A stretch of DNA of 64,000 nt, taken from Macrostomum hystrix (Eukaryota; Animalia; Platyhelminthes). A program made the translations under genes and the position numbers. The first letter of the stretch is position 1, and each line of letters opens with the position of its first letter. Positions 12,405-25,414 of the stretch are shown here, piece by piece. Location of the stretch: assembly GCA_950097015.1 (NCBI GenBank), contig CATNEN010000003.1, positions 15,066,001 through 15,130,000 of the forward strand, written 5' to 3'. Under the pieces are notes generated by a model. That model was given only the letters and a program-made list of their open reading frames with translations, was not told where the DNA came from and searched no databases.

Positions 12405-14010
12405 CCCAAATAATCCCAAATCTACATAATGATCCCAAATCTACTAAATGATCCCAAATCTACTAATTGATCCCAAATCTACTAAATGATCCCAAATCTA
12501 CATAATGATACCAAATATACTAAATGATCCCAAATCTACCAAATGATTCCGAATCTACCAAATGATCCCAAATCTATCCAAATCTACCAAATGATCCTAA
12601 ATCTACCAAATGATCCCAAATCTACTTAATGATCCCAAATCTACATAATGATCCCAAATCTACTAAATGATCCCAAATCTACTAATTGATCCCAAATCTA
12701 CTAAATGATCCCAAATCTACATAATGATCCCAGATCTACTAAATGATCCCAAATCTATCCAAATCTACCAAATGATCCCAAATCTATCTAAATCTACCAA
12801 ATGATCCTAAATCTATCTAAATCTACCAAATGATCCCAAATCTACTTAATGATCCCAAATCTAATAAATGATTCCAAATCTACCAAATGATCCGAAATCT
12901 ACCAAATGATCCGGAATCTACTAAATGATCCCAAATCTACCAAATGATCCCAAATCTACCAAATGATCCCAAATCTACCAAACGATCCCGAATCTACTAA
13001 ATGATCCCAAATCTACCAAATGATCCCAAATCTATCCAAATCTATCAAATGATCCCAAATCTACGCAATGATCTCAAATGTACCCAAATAGGCCGAAAAT
13101 CTACGGAATCATCCCAAATCTACTGAATTATCCCAACTCAACGGAATTATTCCTAATCTACTGAAGTATCCCTACTCAACGGAATTATTCCTAATCTACT
13201 GAAGTATCCATACTCAACGGAATTATTCCTAATCTACTGAAGTATCCCTACTCAACGGAATTATTCCTAATCTACTGAAGTATCCATACTCAACGGAATT
13301 ATTCCTAATCTACTGAAGTATCCATACTCAACGGAATTATTCCTAATCTACTGAAGTATCCATACTCAACGGAATTATTCCTAATCTACTGAAGTATCCC
13401 TACTCAACGGAATTATTCCTAATCTACTGAAGTATCCCTACTCAACGGAATTATTCCTAATCTACTGAAGTATCCATACTCAACGGAATTATTCCAAATC
13501 TACGGAATTATTCCAAATCTACTGAATTATCCCAACTCAACGGAATTATTCCTAATCTACTGAAGTATCCCTACTCAACGGAATTATTCCTAATCTACTG
13601 AAGTATCCATACTCAACGGAATTATTCCAAATCTACGGAATTATTCCAAATCTACTGAATTATCCCAACTCAACGGAATTATTCCTAATCTACTGAATTA
13701 TTCCAAATCTACGGAATTATTCCAAATCTACGGAATTATTCCAAATCTACGGAATTATTCCAAATCTACGGAATTATTCCAAATCTACGGAATTATCCCT
13801 ACTCAACGGAATTATTCCAAATCTACGGAATTATTCCAAATCTGGGCAAAAATCTTAAATCTAACTATCTAATGATTCTAAATCTATCTAATAATCTTAG
13901 ATCTACGGAATTATACAGAATCTACGTAATTATCTTAAATCTACGCAATGATTCCAAGTCTACCCAATCATCTAAAATCTACATAATTATCCCAAATCTA
14001 TGCAATGATG
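12405..14010. repeat. 19-bp minisatellite (ATGATCCCAAATCTACYAA) grading into a 38-bp dimer and a second 19-mer
   Basis: Period 19, then 38 (13141 to 13179), then 19. Confidence 0.92.
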
Positions 14011-14589
14011 CCGAAGCTACCTAGGTAACCTATGTTTCTATGCTAAAATTAATTAGACACAAAGCATTAAATCGTCATTTTAGAAACTTTATTATAATTA
14101 TTCATATGGGCTAAAAACATTTTAAATGTAAAAAATTGTCGCATTAATAAATCAAGCTATACTAAGCTGAATGTCTGACTTAAAAATAATTTAGTGCCAT
14201 TCAACTACTCGATTTACGAAGTGAATCAGTCGAATCAGTTGAGTTTAGCAGAAAATGTGTATGTTCGATACTATATCAGGTAACACAACACGGCCGGCCT
14301 CCATTTAGGATCGTAAATTATACGAATTTTTTCTTTTACAATGTTTTTTTGCGCGCTTCAGATGGTCCAATTGAAGTCCTTATTTACTGCGTGTGGACCT
14401 CTGCTAATGTGCTTAAAAATTTATCAGTGACTAAAGAAAGGTTTAGTTCAAAATCACATGATTATATTGCGTATGGTTTGAGACAGTCTGCCAAGTGCAC
14501 GCCAACTTGGTTGAGACCGTACTTAACTGCAATGACTCACATTATTACGCTTAGTAGATAATAAATGGAACGACGGGAAGGCAGGCATG

Positions 14590-15695
14590 AAGCTAGGTGA
14601 GTAAGTGGTAAAAAGTGAGCAGAGGAAGGGCTGGTAGGTGAGTAGGTGGTAAAAGGTGAGCAGAGGAAGGGCTGGTAGGTGAGTAAGTGGTAAAAAGTGA
14701 GCAGAGGAAGGGCTGGTAGGTGAGTAGGTGGTAAAAGGTGAGCAGAGGAAGGGCTGGTAGGTGAGTAGGTGGTTGGTGAGCAGAGGAAGGGCTGGTAGGT
14801 GAGTAGGTGGTAAAAGGTGAGCAGAGGAAGGGCTGGTAGGTGAGTAGGTGGTAGGTGAGCAGAGGAAGGGCTGGTAGGTGAGTAGGTGGTAGGTGAGCAG
14901 AGGAAGGGCTGGTAGGTGAGTAGGTGGTAGGTGAGCAGAGGAAGGGCTGGTAGGTGAGTAGGTGGTAGGTGAGCAGAGGAAGGGCTGGTAGGTGAGTAGG
15001 TGGTAGGTGAGCAGAGGAAGGGCTGGTAGGTGAGTAGGTGGTAGGTGAGCAGAGGAAGGGCTGGTAGGTAAGTAGGTGGTAAAAGGTGAACAGAGGAAGG
15101 GCTGGTAGGTGAGTAGGTGGTAAAAGGTGAGCAGAGGAAGGGCGGGTAGGTGAGTAGGTGGTAGGTGAGCAGAGGAAGGGCTGGTAGGTGAGTAGGTGGT
15201 AGAAGGTGAGCAGAGGAAGGGCTGGTAGGTGAGTAGGTGGTAGAAGGTGAGCAGAGGAAGGGCTGGTAGGTGAGTAGGTAGGTGAGCAGAGGAAGGGCTG
15301 GTAGGTGAGTAGGTGGTAGAAGGTGAGCAGAGGAAGGGCTGGTAGGTGAGTAGGTGGTAGAAGGTGAGCAGAGGAAGGGCTGGTAGGTGAGTAGGTGGTA
15401 GAAGGTGAGCAGAGGAAGGGCTGGTAGATGATTAGGTGGTAAAAGGTGAGCAGAGGAAGGGCTGGTAGGTGAGCAGAGGAAGGGCTGGTAGGTGAGTAGG
15501 TGGTAGAAGGTGAGCAGAGGGATGGCTGGTAGGTGAATAGGTGGTAGAAGGTGAGCAGAGGAAGGGCTGGTAGGTGAGTAGGTGGTAGGTGAGCAGAGGA
15601 AGGGCTGGTAGGTGAGTAGGTGGTAGGTGAGCAGAGGAAGGGCTGGTAGGTGAGTAGGTAGGTGAGCAGAGGAAGGGCTGGTAGAAGGTGAAGAG
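14590..15695. repeat. Purine-rich ~36-41-bp minisatellite (GAGCAGAGGAAGGGCTGGTAGGTGAGTAGGTGGTA(AA)GGT)
   Basis: About 28 tandem copies. Confidence 0.95.
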
Positions 15696-16575
15696 GGGAA
15701 TACTGATGTTGAAAAAGTCGACCAGAAAGAAATAGAAGAAGATTAGGGCAGGCAAAATAAAAACTTGCTAAAAAGCATTTCGAAGGAATAAAATGTAACT
15801 TACTAGATTCCTACTTAAATTCATACCTTTCTTATCTACGTGCTAGATAAAATATCGAGCTTAAGTAAATATGTATAATGTATATGAACTGTTTGTGCAT
15901 TCGAATTCACTATACCACCATGAAAGCAGTGAAACAAGAGGTTGAAAAGAAACATCTTAACTGACATAAGAATTGCGTGCCGAATCCACTGCGATATAAA
16001 AATAAAATCGTCTAGTATTGCATCGAGCTCTCGGAATAGAAGACTGGTTTGTGTAAAATGCGTGAGCTAGTACTCATGCGTTCTGGATGCATAATAGTTC
16101 TCTTTGACTTAAAACCAAAAAACTGGAAAACTTCAAAGATTATCAAAGAATATTAGGAGAGGTAAAACAAAAAACTAAAACGAAAAAGAAATGAAATAGG
16201 AAACCTGATATTCGACACGTTGAACTTTTACGACTTCTCGTGGCCTCAGTCTACGCTTTGGGTCTTCTTTTTTGAAGCATTTTTTCTACTCATCCATTTA
16301 TTGATCTACGTTACAATATATTAGTAGTACCCCATGGCGGAGTCACTATGACAGGCTACAAAATCACGTAAAACAAACAACGAGTCTTATTATAAGTGAG
16401 CCTGTTTTGCTTGAGTTCTTTTTGGCTGATATTTTATCTACCTGACCCAACTAACTAGGATTGGAATATTTGTTTAACGTTTATAAATGTCATGCGCCTA
16501 CTAATATTAGTATGTAGCGCATATAGTTGTAAAAAATCTAACTGATAAACAAAAATTTTTTACAAACAAACTCAC

Positions 16576-16874
16576 CCGGAATCTTTTGGGAAAATTTTCC
16601 CAGTTGACATCTGCGAGACCAGCTGCTCATTCTGCGGCTCTGCCGAGATGCCAACGCCTCTCTGACGCTTGACAGTGGCTGCGGATGTGTGCACTGGCGA
16701 CCCAGCGCTATTAATCACTGATTGATACTTGTCCACTTGGGATAATAGTTCGGCAATGCGTTTATCTTTGACGCGAACCTGCGATTTTAGATCGCTAATC
16801 TGATGCTGCAGTTCGTCGATTAGGTCGTCCTTCTCTTTGCCGCTATTCTGCAGCTCCGTGACCAGTGCGGCCAT
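16576..16874 (-). CDS. PRKG1: cGMP-dependent protein kinase I, alternative first coding exon (I-alpha/foraging-like leucine zipper plus autoinhibitory site)
   Basis: ATG at 16874. Heptad coiled coil ending DKYQSVI, then KRQRGVGISAEP (PKG pseudosubstrate, cf. I-alpha RAQGISAEP). Donor GG|GTGAGT at 16576/16575 is phase 2, matching the acceptor at 8314. Confidence 0.85.
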
Positions 16875-17447
16875 TCTGAGTGCAGGTTAAGATAAATTGG
16901 AATTCTTGTAAACAAAGAGGCATGGTATGAGGAAAAGTTCCTAGAAAAAGACCTTGTAATTTCTTTTATTCAATTCAGGACAAGAAGAAAGGAAAATTTA
17001 AATCAAGCTATTTAGTCACCACTTTCTTACCCACAGTATGTGTACAAAGGAATGGCAATAGTTATTCGTTCTTATATGTTCGTCCTTTCTTATCTTCGTT
17101 CTTTCTTATAAGTTCTTCGTTATTTGACTAACCCGAGGATAATATAGATAATTCATGGGTCTGGGCTGTCACGCGCAAACCCACCACCCCATCGTGGACG
17201 GGGACGATCAAACTCCATTAGTTTGCATCAATGTACATACGAGTGTACATAGTTATAGAATTGGAAAGTACTCGGCGTCTTGACCTTAAACAGAATCAAA
17301 AGAAAATCCAGCTAATCAGAAATCTGAAGCTATTTTTTCGAAATTGAAATTCAAGCCATTCATAGTCTACTCAAAATCCGTGGATAAAGATATTATATAG
17401 ATCCAGTAAGTTGTCATGAAAGTAAATATTATATTATGGAGTAATAA

Positions 17448-17818
17448 TAATAATTGACACTACACCGAAGGGCCAGTGCAGGTGTTGTGTCAGGCGCACT
17501 AGCAGGTGGGGACTGCACACCCATTGTACTCCCCGACTCTCTCGGACACCAGCCGCGTGTCAGCAATGGAATTTATTTTTCCAAACATTTCCAAGCAGCA
17601 TCCAAACCCCACAGAATTGCCGCACAGAACTGCTTTATTCCACGCCAGCCGGAATTATTATTACCCAAAGAAATGTCGGTACTCATTTGCAGCTGAGTAG
17701 ACTATGTGCACATCAGCTTGCCAAAGGCTGCACGAATAGTTCTAGACTAGGTCGGGAGTCGAACCCAGGACCATCTGATCCAGAGTCCGACACCTTACTG
17801 ACTGAGCTATCCGCCCTA
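17448..17818 (-). mobile_element. tRNA-derived SINE (family A)
   Basis: Minus-strand head GGCGGATAGCTCAGTCAGTAAGG...GGTTCGACTCCCG (A and B boxes). (TTA)n tail. Flanking direct repeat ATGGAGTA(A/G)TAA at 17436 and 17819 (TSD). Confidence 0.75.
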
Positions 17819-19554
17819 ATGGAGTAGTAAAGTTCAATTATAGATAGCTCTTATACTTAAAATGCATTTCCCATTTTGCATTTAGCAGAAAAACGTGATT
17901 GAGCAAGCGAAAGGAAGAGCTAACTAACTGGTCCTAGTTAGTTTTAGTTTTAGTCAGTTGTGTGTGCTAAGCACCCGTGTCGTGTCGGCTTCGCATGACT
18001 AAGCGTTTTCTTAGAAAGCACAGCAGCAGTCTTTTGTTAAAGTGGCGGCATTCTTATAGTGCATTAAAGAAAGGGAATTCCACTATTAATAGTAATGTAC
18101 GTAAATCGGTTTTTAGTGCATCTTACCCTAGAAATAAGTGTGCTCGTTCTCAGCTGTTAGTTTGAGAATTTGCCGCTAGAAGAGTGGCACTGAATACCGG
18201 CGTGATTACGTGACATTTGTCTGCTCTGCCAAATTGCCCCCCACCTACTCTATCTGAATTAATTGTCTCGTTTAATTCTAGTCTCGCTGGCTCTTCTTTA
18301 CAACAATAAGTTAAAAAACTGAAGAGTTTTGTTTAACTTTTTTGACAAATTAAAGCCATATATAACCATTGTTCTAAAATATGATATGTGGATAGATATT
18401 TTCACGTCTTCTCATTGCTGGAAAGTTGTAACCTACAGTGTACACATGGGTTGATTTTTGCATTGTATAGGGCAGTTATGCAACATATAAAAAACTAATT
18501 ATTGTTAAGTTCACTATCCGTTCGAACGAATCTATGTCTTAGTAACATTTCTATTTTTAGAAAAAGCTGCGGGAACTCCCTTTAAAGCTGACCCTTAAAA
18601 TCGCGCACGTGACTGATTTCAGCCAATCAAAGTTTTCCACGCCTGAATGTGATTCTTAATTTTCCGGATTTATGTGAGTTTCAATTTTAGAGAATTAACT
18701 TTAAATTAGAATATGAACTGCAAACATAAACAATCTAAAAATCCTTAAATGTAACGAACAGTAGCTAACATTAACCATTTAAAGTGAGTGACAAAGAAGT
18801 TGAGATTTACCACGGCTTACTTTATTTTGCTTTCTCCAGAGCTAGCCAGAAATGACCAACTTCTGTCTTTCTTCTTCTCTTTGTCCTTCGACATTTAAAC
18901 TTCGTCAAATTCCAAAAGAATGACAAATTAGTTTCAATTCTATACTTGATTCTTTCAATCTTGTTTTACCTGAAAAGTTGCCTTATTTTGCTAGTTCTTT
19001 GCAACTCTTATAAGTTTCAGCTGGCCTGTAACCAGTATTAGCCTGAAGCTCTCTCTCTGTTCTTGTATTGCATTTCTTGTGTCTCCTTTCTCTCGCTTCT
19101 TGCCCTGGCTCTTACAATTGGTCTGATAAAGAAAAGCGTCGAGTTGGTAAGACGGCGGCAGCAAATGCAGAGCGAGCAATCTTTATAAAAAATATATAAA
19201 ACTTCGCGTGTCAAGCATTGCTGTAACTTAACAAGCCTCATGTCTCAAGTAAAACTAAACCTTTGACTGTGTGCTCAACCATTAGCTAAAGCAGTGATTG
19301 CATTTGTGCATATATGATAAGATAGTTCATTTATGCATGTATTTTTGTTTATCCAAAAGCCATTCTAACTAAAATTAAAAAAATTTCTGCTGAATTTTTA
19401 GCTTTTGAAACATTTCTTGGTTGTTATAAATAAAACTGAAGCACTGTATGATAAATATTTTGCCTAATAGTCATTTAATTGTTGTTCTTCTCAATTTTCT
19501 ACATAACAAGCTAATATAAAAATTCAACTGGGCAACATTGCCAAATGGGCATCA

Positions 19555-22381
19555 TCATCAATGGGGAGTCATCATCAAATGGGGATCATTGTCAACTGGG
19601 GTATCATTGTCAACTGGGGGATCACTGTTAACTGGCGGATCATCATCAACTTGGGGGATCATTGTCAACTGGGGGATCATTGTCAACTGGGGGATCATTG
19701 TCAACTGGGGGATCATTGTCAACTGGGGGATCATTGTCAACTGGGGGATCATTGTCAACTGGGGGATCATCATCAACTGGGGTATCATTGTCAACTGGGG
19801 GATCATCGTCAACTGGGGTATCATTGTCAACTGGGGTATCATTGTCAACTGGGGTATCATTGTAAACTGGGGGATCATTGTCAACCGGGGGATCATTGTC
19901 AACTAGGGGATCATTGTAAACTGGGGGATCATTGTCAACTGGGGGATCATTGTCAACTGGGGGATCATTGTCAACTGGGGTATCATTGTCAACTGGGGGA
20001 TCATTGTAAACTGGGGTATCATTGTCAACTGGGGGATCATTGTCAACTGGGTTATCATTGTCAACTGGGGGATCATTGTCAACTGGGGGATCATTGTCAA
20101 CTGGGGGATCATTGTCAACTGGGGGATCATTGTCAACCGGGGGATCATTGTCAACTGGGAGATCATTGTCAACTGGGGTATCATTGTCAACTGGGGTATC
20201 ATTGTAAACTGGGGTATCATTGTCAACTGGGGGATCATTGTAAACTGGGGGATCATTGTCAAATGGGGGATCATTGTCAACTGGGGGATCATTGTCAACT
20301 GGGGGATCATTGTCAACCGGGGGATCATTGTCAACTGGGGGATCATTGTCAACTGGGGGATCATTGTCAACTGGGGGATCATTGTCAACTGGGGTATCAT
20401 TGTCAACTGGGGTATCATTGTCAACTGGGGTATCATTGTAAACTGGGGGATCATTGTCAACTGGGGGATCATTGTCAACTAGGGGATCATTGTCAACTGG
20501 GGGACCATTTTCAACTGGGGGGATCATTGTCAACTGGGGGATCATTGTCAACTGGGGGATCATCATCAACTGGGGTATCATTGTCAACTGGGGGATCATT
20601 GTCAACTGGGGTATCATTGTCAACTGGGGTATCATTGTCAACTGGGGTATCACTGTAAACTGGGGGATCATTGTCAACCGGGGGATCATTGTCAACTAGG
20701 GGATCATTGTCAACTGGGGTATCATTGTCAACTGGGGTATCATTGTAAACTGGGGGATCATTGTCAACTGTGGGATCATTGTCAACTGGGGGATCATTGT
20801 CAACTGGGGTATCATTGTCAACTGGGGGATCATTGTAAACTGGGGTATCATTGTCAACTGGGGGATCATTGTCAACTGGGTTATGATTGTCAACTGGGGG
20901 ATCATTGTCAACTGGGGGATCATTGTCAACTGGGGGATCATTGTCAACTGGGGGATCATTGTCAACCGGGGGATCATTGTCAACTGGGGGATCATTGTCA
21001 ACTGGGGGATCATTGTCAACCGGGGGATCATTGTCAACTGGGGGATCATTGTCAACTGGGGGATCATTGTCAACTGGGGGATCATTGTCAACTGGGGGAT
21101 CATTGTCAACTGGGGGATCATTGTCAACTGGGGGATCATTGTCAACTGGGGTATCATTGTCAACTGGGGATCATTGTCAACTGGGGTATCATTGTAAACT
21201 GGGGGGATCATTGTCAACTGGGGGATCATCATCAACTGGGGGATCATTGTCAACTGGGGGATCATTGTCAACTAGGGTATCATTGTCAACTGGGGGATCA
21301 TTGTAAACTGGGGGGATCATTGTCAACTGGGGTATCATTGTCAACTGGGGGATAATTGTCAACTGGGGTATCATTGTCAACTGGGGGATCATTGTCAACT
21401 AGGGGATCATTGTCAACTGGGGGACCATTTTCAACTGGGGGGATCATTGTCAACTGGGGGATCATTGTCAACTGGGGGATCATCATCAACTGGGGATCAT
21501 TGTCAACTGGGGGATCATCATCAACTGGGGATCATTGTTGACTGGGGGATCATTGTCAACTGGGGGATCATTGTCAACTGGGGGATCATTGTCAACTGGG
21601 GTATCATTGTCAACTGGGGTATCATTGTCAACTGGGGTATCATTGTAAACTGGGGGATCATTGTCAACTGGGGGATAATTGTCAACTAGGGGATCATTGT
21701 CAACTGGGGGACCATTTTCAACTGGGGGGATCATTGTCAACTGGGGGATCATTGTCAACTGGGGGATCATCATCAACTGGGGATCATTGTCAACTGGGGG
21801 ATCATCATCAACTGGGGATCATTGTCGACTGGGGGATCATTGTCAACTGGGGGATCATTGTCAACTGGGGGATCATTGTCAACTGGGGGATCATCATCAA
21901 CTGGGGATCATTGTCGACTGGGGGATCATCATCAACTGGGGATCATTGTCGACTGGGGGATCATTGTCAACTGGGGGATCATTGTCAACTGGGGGATCAT
22001 CATCAACTGGGGTATCATTGTCAACTGGGGTATCATTGTCAACTGGGGTATCATTGTAAACTGGGGGACCATTTTCAACTGGGGGGATCATTGTCAACTG
22101 GGGGATCATTGTCAACTGGGGGATCATCATCAACTGGGGGATCATTGTCAACTGGGGGATCATTGTCAACTGGGGTATCATTGTCAACTGGGGTATCATT
22201 GTCAACTGGGGTATCATTGTAAACTGGGGGATCATTGTCAACTAGGGGATCATTGTCAACTGGGGGACCATTTTCAACTGGGGGGATCATTGTCAACTGG
22301 GGGATCATTGTCAACTGGGGGATCATCATCAACTGGGGATCATTGTCAACTGGGGGATCATCATCAACTGGGGATCATTGT
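19555..22381. repeat. 18-bp minisatellite (GGGGGATCATTGTCAACT), ~155 copies
   Basis: Direct inspection. Confidence 0.97.
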
Positions 22382-23428
22382 AGCTTAAAAAAGCTAAAAA
22401 TACAGCTGCTAAAAAGTATATACAAGACGAATTAAAAATATTTCTGCTCCCCGAAGGGGGGCAAAACATGCTAGTTCTAACTAAAATTTAAAAAAATTCT
22501 GCTGAATTTTTAGCTTTTGAAACATTTCTTGGTTGTTATAAATAAAACTGAAGCAGAAACGGATAGACCTAACAAAAGTGCCAAAAATCAGGCACTCTTA
22601 TCTTTATTTAAACTTTTATAGCTGGCGATATAGTTGTCCGATCCGATACGAAACTAAAATCACGAGGCGTGACTTAAAATACAAAGGCTTTATACGCTTA
22701 TCTCTGAGTTGTGCAATTCTACTCTACTCAAAGTATGTACTCAATGCATATTCACTTATTGCTTATCGATATAATTATTTTTATTATACCTAAATTTAAG
22801 ATATATCTAACTTATTCTGCACAAATTTAGTGAGTGTCTCTGATTGGAGGCGGAAAAAAGAACTGTGTACAACTGTTCAGTCCGTGGACTGGTAGAATTA
22901 GCTATTTATGCCACAAGATAATACTGGTCACCAATTTCACAGCTCCTGGGCCTCATAGTAAAAAATCTAAAGAGTTAATCACTTATCTATAAGACGTATT
23001 AGCTATATTTTTTCGAAGGATGGTATAGAAAAAACATAACGAATACATTTTTCTCGCGATAAAATTTCACATCAAACTACTAAGAGTAGTTTAAGAGTAA
23101 GCCCTAGTAAATAAGGTTTTAAGCATGAAAATTCTACTATGTATCAAGATTGGCTAACAGCTAACTGCAAAAATGACACGAGAAAATTTTGCGCATTCGC
23201 AGGGAACTGTCTCGCTATTTAACCGATGTACTTTAGCACTGCATCTAGTAGATAGATCCTGGGAGAAAATCAACTAGCAACTAGCTGCTGGCTACTGATA
23301 AGCTTTTACTGCTGAGAAATTGATTTTGGTGACTGACCCTCAGCAATGCACTTTTGACTATGAAAATATGGTCATTATTCCTGTTTCCTGTTTCGTAGCT
23401 ATACAATGAAAATGAGTACAAATCAATT

Positions 23429-24104
23429 AGATCCCGATCCCAGATCCCGATCCCAGATCCCGATCCCAGATCCCGATCCCAGATCCCGATCCCAGATCCC
23501 GATCCCAGATCCCGATCCCAGATCCCGATCCCAGATCCCGATCCCAGATCCCGATCCCAGATCCCGATCCCAGATCCCGATCCCAGATCCCGATCCCAGA
23601 TCCCAGATCCCGATCCCAGATCCCGATCCCAGATCCCGATCCCAGATCCCGATCCCAGATCCCGATCCCAGATCCCGATCCCAGATCCCGATCCCAGATC
23701 CCGATCCCAGATCCCGATCCCAGATCCCGATCCCAGATCCCGATCCCAGATCCCGATCCCAGATCCCGATCCCAGATCCCGATCCCAGATCCCAGATCCC
23801 GATCCCAGATCCCGATCCCAGATCCCGATCCCAGATCCCGATCCCAGATCCCGATCCCAGATCCCGATCCCAGATCCCGATCCCAGATCCCGATCCCAGA
23901 TCCCGATCCCAGATCCCGATCCCAGATCCCGATCCCAGATCCCGATCCCAGATCCCGATCCCAGATCCCGATCCCAGATCCCGATCCCAGATCCCGATCC
24001 CAGATCCCGATCCCAGATCCCGATCCCAGATCCCGATCCCAGATCCCAGATCCCGATCCCAGATCCCGATCCCAGATCCCGATCCCAGATCCCGATCCCA
24101 GATC
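23429..24104. repeat. 13-bp repeat (GATCCCGATCCCA)n
   Basis: Near-perfect array. Confidence 0.97.
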
Positions 24105-24469
24105 TAAAGCAGCAAGACTGTAGCTATAGTATCGATAGCTGTTAAACCGCACAAAGTTATGATTCCACGCCATCTGTTACTAACCGCAGCCTGTTGGCCT
24201 GAAATGGGATAGAAAAAAGCTAGCTAGCAGCAGCCTGATCGGCTTGAAGCACGATTTTGATCCCTGGATGTCAAACTGCGTCACGCACCCCGGCTTTATA
24301 GGGGAGCTGGGGAGACTGCAGGGATTATAGGAAACTATAACCGCCAGAATAATAGGATATTTTTAGCTAGCTATGCTATAGCTAGCCTTGATTTCATGTG
24401 ACATCTTCTATATCCCGATGGGATTTTAATGCTTTTTATCATTCGAATGAAATCCCCAGTCTCACCAAT

Positions 24470-24905
24470 ACCCTGTCTCATCTCTCCCGTGTCTCATCAC
24501 ACCCATGTCTCATCTCTCCTGTGTCTCATCTCTCCTATGTCTCATCTCTCCTGTGTCTCATCTCTCCTGTGTCTCATCTCTCCCCTGTCGCATCTCTCCC
24601 CTGTCTCATCTCTCCGTGTCTCATCTCTCCGTGTCTCATCTCTCCGTGTCTCATCTCTCCGTGTCTCATCTCTCATCCCCATTTATAGATTCACGAATTC
24701 TAAAAATCCCCCAATCAAAAATCCTCATTCTACGAATCCACTAAGTATCATCGTTCTAAGAATAATCGTTCTACAAATCCCGATTCTGGGAATCCCGATT
24801 CTGGGAATCCCGATTCTGGGAATCCCGATTCTGGGAATCCCGATTCTGGGAATCCCGATTCTGGGAATCCCGATTCTGGGAATCCCTCTATTCTGGGAAT
24901 CCTGA
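24470..24905. repeat. Two short arrays: (TGTCTCATCTCTCCK)n at 24470-24675 and 15-bp (GATTCTGGGAATCCC)n at 24775-24905
   Basis: Direct inspection. Confidence 0.9.
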
Positions 24906-25414
24906 TTCAAACTGTTTTCAAACTATCCCGAAAATATAAGCCCTGATAAAAGTGTCGCTAGTCCCTGTTTACATTTGGTTAGAGAAGTTTTGTAGAGAAG
25001 ACCTATATACCCAGCTTTAGCTTGATTTGCATACAGAATTGATTTGGGACAGTGTTAATTTGATTAATTACTATTTGAGTGTTTCACAATTCATCAAATC
25101 TCAGCTTTATTAGGCTAGCTTTGGGTCACGTACATATTCATATGAGGCGAATGCTACTAGCCATTGTAGATGAGGGTTGAACAGCTATGAGGGTGGGTCA
25201 TTTCAGCACTTCTCTACCTCTCTTTCTCCTCTCAATCATGACGCCCACTTTCGCACCTTTAGCAGTCAGCTTTAGTCGAGATTCGATCCTTAATTATTCT
25301 TTGCCAGACGGCTGAATATGATTGATGACTATGCACCGTGCCAGCTAGCTAATGTCATTCTTCTTCAACTTTGCTCTTACCTGCTTGAAAAAAGCGAGGA
25401 CTGAGGACCAATGG

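Noticed and set aside
17745-17816. tRNA-like sequences (also 54970-55040 and 40004-40075)
   Set aside because: A and B boxes are present, but acceptor stems do not pair and the sequences continue into SINE bodies, some with tails or TSDs, so they are not called as tRNA genes.
19538-24173. His/Cys-rich (LGDHCQ)n and (DPDPRSRSQIPIP)n ORFs
   Set aside because: Stop-free frames of 18-bp and 13-bp tandem repeats. No unique coding flanks or splice support.
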